Made by a program: the position numbers and the translations under genes. From Syntrophomonadaceae bacterium (GTDB lineage: Bacteria; Bacillota; Syntrophomonadia; Syntrophomonadales; DTU052), in contig JAAYDA010000072.1 of NCBI GenBank assembly GCA_012729505.1, positions 76,162-140,161 of the forward strand: 64,000 bases of DNA, given 5' to 3'. The notes beneath the pieces were generated by a model. That model saw only the letters and a program-made list of their open reading frames with translations. It did no database searches and was not told where the DNA came from. This document shows positions 36,424 to 44,651 of this stretch, piece by piece. Position 1 is the stretch's first letter; each line of letters starts with the position of its first letter.

Positions 36424-36732
36424 CTACCAACTACGCCGGGGCTGACTCTGGAAACAATCCCGACAATAGACGGGCTTTTCACCACTCGGCTGAAAGGGAA
36501 CTGTGGTATCGTTTCCACATGATGCGCAAACCGCCGGGTACATTTGGCGCTCGGAGCGTCCATATCCGCCACGGTTACCGCCTCTCTGCTCTGCTTTACG
36601 GGCCGCACGGCATTCCGGGCAACGGCCAGGCTCATTAGTAAAGCCTTTCTGCGCGTAAAATTCCTGTTCAGATGCACTGAATAAGAAATCGTTTGAGCAA
36701 TCCTTACAGCTTAGGGTTTTGTCATTGTACAT
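36424..36732 (-). CDS. Double CxxC zinc-ribbon protein
   Basis: 102-aa ORF with CKDC...CPEC and CASC...CRDC pairs separated by an RGG-rich linker. Confidence 0.65.
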   Translation of the reverse strand: MYNDKTLSCKDCSNDFLFSASEQEFYAQKGFTNEPGRCPECRAARKAEQRGGNRGGYGRSERQMYPAVCASCGNDTTVPFQPSGEKPVYCRDCFQSQPRRSW

Positions 36733-36984
36733 TAAAAAACCTCCTCATAATTGCCCATTCCTGGGGAAGCAGCTGTTCTCTTACTTCCCTAGCCGAGGCG
36801 ATCGAGAAGGGCTAACATCAGTCCACAAGCATGGAACATATAGCTATTTTAGTTTATATCAAAGGAAAAAGCAAATATTTAGTTTGATTTTTCCCAGCCG
36901 GCCACCAATTAATACTTGCTGTTAAAATATTATATAAATTGAAATCTTGCCCTTAACTTATGCCAAGCGAACTTTACACCAATG

Positions 36985-37327
36985 TCAATGTTCAGGGAAA
37001 GTGTCATGTCAGGACTAGCAGGAGGCACAAATAATTTAGCAGAGATTTAGCTCCCGGATTCGGCACGGGATGAATTCCAGCGTAGTGACCGTAGGGATGA
37101 GAACCGAGCAAACACCTGCGAAGGTGAGGCAGAAGAGCAGCCGAGGGACAGGAGGTCCCAAGTCCGCCTCCTGAGCCATGGAGGGCGAATTGGCGGTGTG
37201 CTGCTCGGATGCCGAACTTGAGCTAGTTGTATTTGCCGGTTCTCATTCCGGGAGCAAGTGGAATTCATCCCGTGTCTCCGCACCCAACTTCAGAATTGTT
37301 GGGATGACATTATCGCTGATTAACAAC
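36985..37327. mobile_element. Non-coding composite element with terminal inverted repeats (MITE-like), copy 1, with a 211-bp core bounded by inverted repeats (37064-37274)
   Basis: The left end is TCAGGGAAAGTGTCAT (36992-37007). The core is bounded by a perfect 16-bp inverted repeat, CACGGGATGAATTCCA at 37064-37079 and 37259-37274. The right end is ATGACAT at 37304-37310. About 90 percent identical to 50536-50908, with the arms swapped and inverted. Confidence 0.8.
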
Positions 37328-37367
37328 AGCAAGCTTTACTTCAGGAGCCCGCCCTCGAAAAATATCG

Positions 37368-38693
37368 TTATATAAAGCCCAGTTTTTTTGCCCCGAAGCG
37401 CAGCTCATCGCGGAAATCAGGATGGGCAATGGAAATCAGCGATTCCACTCGGGTTTTTATGTTCTGGCCTTTAATCAGCACCGCCCCGTATTCAGTTACT
37501 ACCCAATGAGCATCGGCGCGGGGAGTTGATACAAAGCTGCCGTAATCAAGAGACGGCACTATCTTGGATCTTGGCTGTCCGTTCTTATCTTCATAAGTGG
37601 ATGGCAAGGCTATAAATGACTTTCCACCTTTGGAGAGCCACGCACCCATAACAAAATCAGCCTGTCCACCCACCCCCGAGAACTGAACCGGCCCCACCGC
37701 CTCGGAAGCACACTGGCCTGCTAAATCTATCTGCATGGTAGAATTGACCGAAATCATTTTGTCGTTCTTGGCAATCAGGAAAGGATCGTTTACAATCCCA
37801 CAGGTATGCATTTCGATCAAGGGATTTTCGTGCAGGAAATCATACAGTCTTTGGGTTCCCCAGGCAAAAGCCGCCACCCACTTGTAAGGCATGAAAGTCT
37901 TTTTGCTGGAAGTGATAACTCCGGCCTCATATAAATCCAGCATACTCTCAGTAATCATTTCCGTATGTACGCCCAAATCCCGTTTATTCATCAAAGCTCG
38001 CCCTACCGCATTGGGTATTCCCCCGATTCCCAACTGGATGGTAGCTTCATCTGGAACCATCTCCGCTATATTCTCACCTATTCTGATTTCTACATCAGTC
38101 AGAGGGATGTCAGGTATATAAGGCAAGGGAACATGGTGTTCCACCAAAATATCCACTTCCGAAACATGAACATGATTGGTCCCATTGGTCCTGGGCATAT
38201 AGCTGTTCACCTCCAGAATGAACAAACGCCGTTCAGGATTGGCTTTGGCCTGCCCCCATCCATAATCCACATTGATTCCGGTACTGAAAAATCCATGCTG
38301 GTCCATGGGAGATACTCTGAGAATGTAAACATCTCCGGTACGCAATTTCTGGAGTGAAATAGCATCCATGTCACTTAACTTAATGGGTGAATAAGTAAAA
38401 TATCCCGCTTGGGTTTGGGCACGAGTATATGGACCCACAAAAGGAGTATCAAAATCAATTTTATCGGTTATGTCGGGATCATTCAGGGAGGTAGGCACCA
38501 CAACATTGCCGGCAAAAACTGAAGGCTTAATCAATTTCCCAGCCTTAACCCGATTCCCGATGGCTTCAAACATCCCGAAAGGTTGTCCGCCACCCAATGC
38601 ACAACAAATTTGTTCTCCATCTCTAATCTTAGCGGCGGCTTCATCCATAGTCCTTAACTTGGATTTATACATTTCCTCATATTTGTTTCCCAT
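37368..38693 (-). CDS. Acetyl-CoA hydrolase/transferase family protein (4-hydroxybutyrate or butyryl-CoA:acetate CoA-transferase-like)
   Basis: 441-aa ORF with SGVGGQADF and HTEMITE motifs typical of the family. Confidence 0.8.
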   Translation of the reverse strand: MGNKYEEMYKSKLRTMDEAAAKIRDGEQICCALGGGQPFGMFEAIGNRVKAGKLIKPSVFAGNVVVPTSLNDPDITDKIDFDTPFVGPYTRAQTQAGYFTYSPIKLSDMDAISLQKLRTGDVYILRVSPMDQHGFFSTGINVDYGWGQAKANPERRLFILEVNSYMPRTNGTNHVHVSEVDILVEHHVPLPYIPDIPLTDVEIRIGENIAEMVPDEATIQLGIGGIPNAVGRALMNKRDLGVHTEMITESMLDLYEAGVITSSKKTFMPYKWVAAFAWGTQRLYDFLHENPLIEMHTCGIVNDPFLIAKNDKMISVNSTMQIDLAGQCASEAVGPVQFSGVGGQADFVMGAWLSKGGKSFIALPSTYEDKNGQPRSKIVPSLDYGSFVSTPRADAHWVVTEYGAVLIKGQNIKTRVESLISIAHPDFRDELRFGAKKLGFI

Positions 38694-38826
38694 AACTTCC
38701 CTCTTTTCCGTTAATAATTAAATTGCAAAAAATTGAAATGTTCCAGCATCTTTTAATTATGTCCTAAATAATAATCATTTTCAATCGTATATTCCGTTTC
38801 GGACTTTTTGGAAAAAATGTCTCCCA

Positions 38827-38859
38827 CTAAAACAGGGCTTGCCAATACTAGCAGCCCTG
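38827..38859 (-). terminator. Putative terminator after the 38895-39374 gene
   Basis: CAGGGCT-loop-AGCCCTG forms the hairpin, followed on the minus strand by TTTTAG. Confidence 0.45.
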
Positions 38860-38894
38860 CTTTTAATATACATATATTTTTGTGAATTAGCTTC

Positions 38895-39374
38895 TCAAGC
38901 GACTTTTTTCTCCAGACGTCGCTGGAAATATAGAAAAATCGGCAGTGGTATTATTATCCATCCCATGCTTTTGATTAACGAATTCTGGGCCCGTGCCATC
39001 TGCCGCTCCTGCTCACTGACAACAATAGCATCATATCGTTCTTGCAACTCTGCTTCCGTCGGTTTGACAGCAGGCTCATCAGGTGCAATTTCACGTTTTA
39101 TGTCGCCATTGTTTAATTTGAACTCCTCAAAGGATGTATAGTATGGCGTCGGCGCCACCATGTCCGCAATGGCCATAAAGGCCGAAACCGTTCCTCCAAT
39201 AGTCATCATCAAGGTAGCAAACAATACCAGATATACATATATGTTTTTGATCATATCTTCCCCTCCTTCTGCCATTTCATCCTTATTATTCCGCACCACA
39301 ATAGCCGCTACAATAATGAAAACCAATCCTGCTAACACAATACCGAATATAGTAATACTGGCGATAGCACCCAC
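38895..39374 (-). CDS. Hypothetical membrane protein (3 TM segments)
   Basis: 159-aa ORF with two N-terminal hydrophobic helices and one C-terminal hydrophobic helix. I recognise no motif. Confidence 0.5.
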   Translation of the reverse strand: MGAIASITIFGIVLAGLVFIIVAAIVVRNNKDEMAEGGEDMIKNIYVYLVLFATLMMTIGGTVSAFMAIADMVAPTPYYTSFEEFKLNNGDIKREIAPDEPAVKPTEAELQERYDAIVVSEQERQMARAQNSLIKSMGWIIIPLPIFLYFQRRLEKKVA

Positions 39375-39538
39375 CTCACTTCTGCAATTTGCTTCTGCCC
39401 TTGTGCTCAGCTATTTTATTTACGCCTGTTCCCGGAATACCTTACACCCGCACGGAAACTAAAATAAAAAAGGAACTCATCATTACGTACTTATTTACGC
39501 ATAATATTCGTGTTAAGGCAATCAAATAATATGATGAG

Positions 39539-41113
39539 GTGATTATTGTTTCCGCGAAAAGGAGTAGATTTATTACCCCCCCCAGCCCTTACTGGATCAA
39601 ATCAACACCGGAAACTAGCTTCCCAGAGCTTGGTGAAGATATCCAAACCGATATAGCCATTGTGGGAGGAGGAATTGTCGGCCTTACTGCCGCTTACTTA
39701 TTGGCGAAGCATAACCTGAAAATAGTGGTACTTGAAGCCGGCCGAATTCTTCAGGGCACCACCGGACACACCACCGCTAAAATAACCTCTCAGCATTCTC
39801 TTATTTATGCCCGGCTTAAAAACCAGCTGGGAGAGGAACCGGCCCGTCAATATGCCGAAGCCAACGAGAACGCTATCAAATTCATAGCCGACACGGTTCA
39901 GGAGAATCAAATCGACTGTGATTTCCAGTGGCGTTCGGCTTATGTTTATACTCAGTCCGATCAATATATAAAACAAATCGAGGATGAAAACCAGGCGGCC
40001 GTCAGTTTTGGAATCAAATCCACAGTCAGCGGCAACTGCCCTTTGCCTTTTCCCGTCAAAGCCGCTTTGCGTTTTGATCATCAGGCTCAGTTCCATCCTC
40101 TGAAATATCTCAAATCTCTGGTCAGGCTGCTGCCTGAATCGTGTCGAATTTTTGAGCATACCAGGGCCGTAAACATTGAAGGGGAGCAGATCCCCACTAT
40201 TATTACCGGGCAAGGACGAAGAGTATCTGCTGCCAAAGTCATTATCGCCTCCCACTATCCTTTTTTTGATGGAGGAGGATTGTATTTTGCCAGAGTTTAC
40301 CCAACTCGTTCCTATATTACCGGAATCACCATCACAGAAAAGTTCCCGGAAGGAATGTATATATCGGCTGAATCCCCGGCCCGCTCGCTGCGTTCCACTC
40401 CTTTCCATGATAATGAATTGATTTTGATAGGGGGGGAAAATCATAAAACCGGACAGTCAGCTAACACCAGCATCCATTATGATAACCTGCTCACCTTCGC
40501 CGGCGACACCTTTCAGGTCCAGGATACCCTTTTCCGGTGGTCCACCCAAGACTATACCACCCTGGACGGGATTCCTTATGTGGGTCTGCTCACATTCAAT
40601 CATCCCCGTCTTTACACAGCAACCGGCTTCGGCAAGTGGGGCATGACTAACGGCACCAATGCCGCCATCATTATAAAAGACCTGATAATTTCCGGAAACA
40701 ACTCCTATGCCAAAGTTTTCAGTCCCCTGCGCTTTACTCCTAAAGCCTCAGCAGCCACATTTGTCACCGAGAACGCTAATGTAGCCAAACACTTTCTTCT
40801 GGGAAAATTGAGTCCGGCATTGGCAGAACAAAATATACCGGCAGGTGACGCCAGAATCATTAACCACGAAGGAGAAAAGCTGGGAGTCTTCAAGGATGAT
40901 AACAACCGGCTCCACATAGTAGATGTAATTTGTCCTCACGTCGGTTGTGAGCTGAGCTGGAATGAAGCTGAACGTTCCTGGGACTGTCCCTGTCACGGCT
41001 CCAGGTTTACCTATGAAGGTGATATTATTGAAGGGCCCGCTCTCAGTCACCTGCATCATCCCGGCGAAGGTCAAAATCAAGTGGAGCCCAATGTCTTCCC
41101 CACTCCCGAATGA
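39539..41113 (+). CDS. FAD-dependent oxidoreductase fused to a C-terminal Rieske [2Fe-2S] domain (YhfW-like)
   Basis: 524-aa ORF with IAIVGGGIVGLTAAYLL (FAD fold) and CPHVGC...CPCHGSRF (Rieske motif). Confidence 0.8.
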   Translation: MIIVSAKRSRFITPPSPYWIKSTPETSFPELGEDIQTDIAIVGGGIVGLTAAYLLAKHNLKIVVLEAGRILQGTTGHTTAKITSQHSLIYARLKNQLGEEPARQYAEANENAIKFIADTVQENQIDCDFQWRSAYVYTQSDQYIKQIEDENQAAVSFGIKSTVSGNCPLPFPVKAALRFDHQAQFHPLKYLKSLVRLLPESCRIFEHTRAVNIEGEQIPTIITGQGRRVSAAKVIIASHYPFFDGGGLYFARVYPTRSYITGITITEKFPEGMYISAESPARSLRSTPFHDNELILIGGENHKTGQSANTSIHYDNLLTFAGDTFQVQDTLFRWSTQDYTTLDGIPYVGLLTFNHPRLYTATGFGKWGMTNGTNAAIIIKDLIISGNNSYAKVFSPLRFTPKASAATFVTENANVAKHFLLGKLSPALAEQNIPAGDARIINHEGEKLGVFKDDNNRLHIVDVICPHVGCELSWNEAERSWDCPCHGSRFTYEGDIIEGPALSHLHHPGEGQNQVEPNVFPTPE

Positions 41114-41132
41114 AGCTGTGTTTCGGTGACAT

Positions 41133-41945
41133 TCATACTGATTTGAGAATGCCCAGTATGCTGTCCACCGTATTCTGTTTGGAATAGTGACCTGCTGTGA
41201 GCTGGGTCATCTGATTCTCCTCCCCGAGAACCTGAAGGCATATCTCCGCGGGCGAAAGTCCCTGCTGATGAAGCTCCATAACAGAATCTCTTAAACGCTG
41301 CATGAAATCTACCTTGGCCGTCAGCATAGAGTGTCCTTCAGGGACAGCGCCAATCAGGCTGCAGAATATTGTATCAATAGGCAGGCTCAGCAGGTTTTGC
41401 AAGGATTCCAGAATTTGATGATAATCCTCGTCCGCCCGCAGAAATTTAAATCCTTTTCCGCAGAAAATATCTCCGGAAAAGAGCCATTTTTGGGTCGGCT
41501 CGTAAAAACAAACATGAGCGTCACAGTGCCCCGGGGCAGGTATGACCTGCAGGGTGTATTCCCCGGCCTGCACCCGCTCCCCCAGAGGAAGCCCTGAAGA
41601 TGGCTCCGGGTATTCCCAGGAATAAAGCTGATAAGGTAAAAGCTTCAGCTCCTGAGGTCTTTCTAAAAACGAAAGAGAAGCCCGGGGGGCATATATTGGA
41701 GCGCCAAATTTCCGTTGTACCGCCAGGTTGTTGCCGGTGTGGTCCTCATGGTGGTGAGTATTGATTATTTTTGCAATAGTCTCACCTTCCAGGGCCGCCA
41801 GCAACTCAGACCTGACCCAGGCACAACCGGTATCGATCAGCACATCTTCAATCAGAAAAGAATGAACATAATACGGCACAAAGTCACCGACACTCCTGCC
41901 GGAGCGATACAATGTCACCGGTCCAAATCTGGTTCTTTCCAGCAT
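41133..41945 (-). CDS. MBL-fold metallo-hydrolase
   Basis: 270-aa ORF with HHHEDHTGN (the HxHxDH motif) and downstream His and Asp ligands. Confidence 0.8.
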   Translation of the reverse strand: MLERTRFGPVTLYRSGRSVGDFVPYYVHSFLIEDVLIDTGCAWVRSELLAALEGETIAKIINTHHHEDHTGNNLAVQRKFGAPIYAPRASLSFLERPQELKLLPYQLYSWEYPEPSSGLPLGERVQAGEYTLQVIPAPGHCDAHVCFYEPTQKWLFSGDIFCGKGFKFLRADEDYHQILESLQNLLSLPIDTIFCSLIGAVPEGHSMLTAKVDFMQRLRDSVMELHQQGLSPAEICLQVLGEENQMTQLTAGHYSKQNTVDSILGILKSV

Positions 41946-42103
41946 TTCAAGTTCACTCCTTCAATAGTCCGCATAACGGCCATGCATCCGGACAACTTTT
42001 TATTATGGTATGACCCCGATTACTCTCAAAGCAATTATGATTAATCAGACCCCTCATGAATACTGTTGGTTCAATTTTCGCCATAGTATGTTTTTTCCCT
42101 GCT

Positions 42104-42337
42104 TTATTCCTCCAACCCCAGATCCAGATCACTGATCAGCTCTCTCAGTTTTTGCACTTCTCCGTCACTTAAGGTGACACCTTTACCCATCTTCTCATGA
42201 TCCGGGCTCCAATCCCGAATATCATATTTGGGCTTGCGTTCATTCCAGCTCACCAGGTTTATCTCCTTCTGCCACCCTTTAGACCCCTCGGAAAGAACGC
42301 CGATGGACCTCACAATCTCAAATTTCAAATCTGCCAT
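42104..42337 (-). CDS. YdbC/PC4-like single-stranded DNA-binding family protein
   Basis: 77-aa ORF. The pattern ...GWQKEINLVSWNERKPKYDIRDWSPDHEKMGKGVTL is the one I associate with the YdbC family. Confidence 0.65.
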   Translation of the reverse strand: MADLKFEIVRSIGVLSEGSKGWQKEINLVSWNERKPKYDIRDWSPDHEKMGKGVTLSDGEVQKLRELISDLDLGLEE

Positions 42338-42425
42338 AGAAGTAACCCCTTCCCTAATAGTTATATGTCTATATTAGCATTTTTTTACATTTAGAACAAG
42401 TGTTCGCAAGAAATCTTTATAATAT

Positions 42426-43016
42426 TTATTTCTGTAAGTAGGCACGTACGATCAGACGGTCATACTGTCCGTTCACAGGACGCAAAGGGGTACACGTGGT
42501 CAGAGTTAATGCAGGGTCGCTGGTGGGCCCTACCACACTCCAGTCCCGATCATGAGTCACAAAAACTTCTTCCACCTGGTAGACAAAATGCTGTTCGTCA
42601 TAATCCAGCTGGATGATATCACCTTTCTCCAATATGTTAAGATCCATGAAGGGATTGCCGTAGGCGTTGCGGTGACCGGCAATGCTCACATTGCCGATGG
42701 TGGGATAACCACTCTGGGGATAAAAACCGGGGCCTTTTTTCAGATCTTCGTCTTCCACCCCATACCCTACTTCAAGATCCAAATCTAAACTGGCAATAAC
42801 CAGCCGACCACCTATAGGTTTAAAGGTTTTATCAATTGCCTCTTCATCCGGTGGGGCAGACTCGAGCTCAGGCTCCACGGGCTGAACCCGCTCAATCGGC
42901 TGAACCCGTTCATGATAAGCGCTTTCCAATAACGGAAAAACCAATACCAGCAGGCCCATGAGCAGCAGAATGTTTCCCACCTTTTTGCGGTTTATGTTTG
43001 ATTTTAATTTGCTCAT
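42426..43016 (-). CDS. Sortase-family transpeptidase
   Basis: 196-aa ORF with an N-terminal TM anchor, IAGHR (catalytic His region) and LTLTTCTP (TLxTC catalytic Cys motif). Confidence 0.8.
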   Translation of the reverse strand: MSKLKSNINRKKVGNILLLMGLLVLVFPLLESAYHERVQPIERVQPVEPELESAPPDEEAIDKTFKPIGGRLVIASLDLDLEVGYGVEDEDLKKGPGFYPQSGYPTIGNVSIAGHRNAYGNPFMDLNILEKGDIIQLDYDEQHFVYQVEEVFVTHDRDWSVVGPTSDPALTLTTCTPLRPVNGQYDRLIVRAYLQK

Positions 43017-43260
43017 TTTCTTGCTGTCCCCTCCCCATTAACCGCCTGTCTTACGAAAAACCAGTCATAAAACAAGTATAACACTTCTATTGTTGTCCAA
43101 ATTGACAGATTGTAGCCCGGGTTTCCTTTGTGCAAGGCAGGTGACAACTTAGAAATAAATTCGATATCCAAAGCCATGCAGAGCTAATCGACATCATATC
43201 GAAAAAATAGGATGCGACTCTGGCAAATAGTCAATCTGCCGATTAAATAACACTTTTACG

Positions 43261-43325
43261 GCCCCTACCCGAAAAGGGTGAGGCTTTTTTTGCGCAGACC
43301 ACCCGATTCGGGTGATTCCTTTTAT
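43261..43325 (+). terminator. Two tandem plus-strand terminator hairpins with no annotated upstream plus-strand gene
   Basis: The first is GCCCCTACCC-GAAAA-GGGTGAGGC followed by TTTTTTT (43261-43291). The second is CACCCG-ATT-CGGGTG followed by ATTCCTTTTAT (43300-43325). Confidence 0.55.
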
Positions 43326-43603
43326 CGGAACCTTTGCTATGCTTTTAAACGGATAAAACCTTTTTGTGTGGCGCGTCGGCCTTCGGCCAATCTGAATAAG
43401 AAAAATTTTGTGCCAGCCTAACTGATTACGAGTGCTATTATGCCACTATCCGGATCGCCGCCGAAGGGCCCATCACGGGTACCTCGGACAGCATCATGGG
43501 CGGTTATTATTAAACCGATTATGGAAGGGGGAATGAGAAAACAGGCTCATTATATCCAGTTATATCACAAAAATATGATATTGGGAAAAAGGAGTGAGGT
43601 TCC

Positions 43604-44131
43604 ATGGGAAAAAAGAAATTCGTTACCCTTTTGGCTTTTATCTTGGTGGGAACCGTATCCGTATTGATCCTTACCTCTTGCGGAGACGCCCCGGAAAAAA
43701 ACCCCGGCGGCCAAACGGCGGATTCAAAGCAAACATCCGTATCCGAAAAAAGCAGCACACGTATAAATGACCTGGTTAAGGCATGGGGCACGGCCGGAAT
43801 CAATGCTGAAGTTAAGGAGAAAAGCAGCAGTTCCACCCTTAATTCCATGTACGGTTGTAGCAATCAGTATACGGTATTACTGGATAATGAACAATTCATG
43901 CTCCTCGAGTACGATCTTAAAAATCTCAACAGTACTGCTGAAAGATATCTGAAATTTATTGATGAGAACGGATATGATTCAAAAAACAATGATCCCGTTT
44001 GGCATAATGAAGAATTTGTTCTGCCAAACTCTTTCTCGCTTATCGAAAACGGAGAGGTTGTCGCTGAATACTTAATTACGGAACATCCGCAAAGCGAGCA
44101 GATACTGGATATTTTTCAATCTTTTAAGTAA
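43604..44131 (+). CDS. Hypothetical lipoprotein
   Basis: 175-aa ORF with a signal peptide and lipobox (LILTSCGD), preceded by AAAGGAG RBS. Confidence 0.6.
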   Translation: MGKKKFVTLLAFILVGTVSVLILTSCGDAPEKNPGGQTADSKQTSVSEKSSTRINDLVKAWGTAGINAEVKEKSSSSTLNSMYGCSNQYTVLLDNEQFMLLEYDLKNLNSTAERYLKFIDENGYDSKNNDPVWHNEEFVLPNSFSLIENGEVVAEYLITEHPQSEQILDIFQSFK

Positions 44132-44137
44132 TTGCAT

Positions 44138-44506
44138 ATGCTGAAGATATTTTTTAACCGCATAAGGTTCAGGCATTTGATCGCCGCCGCGCTTTTGACG
44201 GTGCTATTGATCTTTTCCTGTGCGCCGTTTTCGCCCACGCCTGACAATGAACAGATTCTTGAAGCTATAACATCCTCCAATAATATCCAGACAGAGCCGC
44301 TGGAACTGGTCTACAAGGAGATGCAGGTTCCCAACCGCTTTCCCGGAAAGGCTTCTGCGGTGATATGGACGGGAGATAAAAGCATCCAGAGAAATTATAT
44401 TATCGCCTACGACAGAAAAGCAAAATCCTTTTATGTCGAGGATTTTATCACGTTGTGGCTTGGAAAAGATGGCGTCTACCGGAAAAAACACGCCCCCTAT
44501 GATTAA
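44138..44506 (+). CDS. Hypothetical exported or lipoprotein-like protein
   Basis: The frame 44132-44506 has an ATG at 44138. It has an N-terminal hydrophobic segment ending in IFSCAP (lipobox-like) and lies immediately downstream of the preceding lipoprotein gene. Confidence 0.5.
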   Translation: MLKIFFNRIRFRHLIAAALLTVLLIFSCAPFSPTPDNEQILEAITSSNNIQTEPLELVYKEMQVPNRFPGKASAVIWTGDKSIQRNYIIAYDRKAKSFYVEDFITLWLGKDGVYRKKHAPYD

Positions 44507-44651
44507 AAACATCTGGACGTGTTTTTTGTATTTTCTGTACCTGTTTGCCATGGGGGCTATCCCTGCGGGGGTTACCCCTTGGCATGATTGGTTTTTTCTT
44601 AAATCTAACCTAGGAATTAGGTTCCGGCCTATTGCAAAAGGGCTTTTTCTC

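Noticed and set aside
37047-37375. ORFs of 65-99 aa across the two composite elements (37047-37283, 37178-37375, 50497-50796 and 50564-50818).
   Set aside because: The frames are not conserved between the two copies because of a 1-nt indel and different downstream arms. The products are Arg/Ser-rich. The sequence shows hairpins and a compensatory change instead.
39698-40444. A 248-aa minus-strand ORF inside the FAD/Rieske oxidoreductase gene. Similar long antisense ORFs occur at 44892-45704, 47213-47788, 49755-50315, 60520-61143 and 61991-62740.
   Set aside because: Each lies entirely within and antisense to a gene with strong family motifs. None has motifs or a plausible RBS, so I treat them as shadow ORFs.
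43450-43515. A possible guanidine-III or other riboswitch upstream of the lipoprotein genes.
   Set aside because: There is only a loose resemblance (ACGGGUACC...GGACA...GGCGG) to what I remember of the ykkC-III consensus. The downstream genes are not the transporters or carboxylases expected for that class. I kept it only as part of the generic observation on the long intergenic region.
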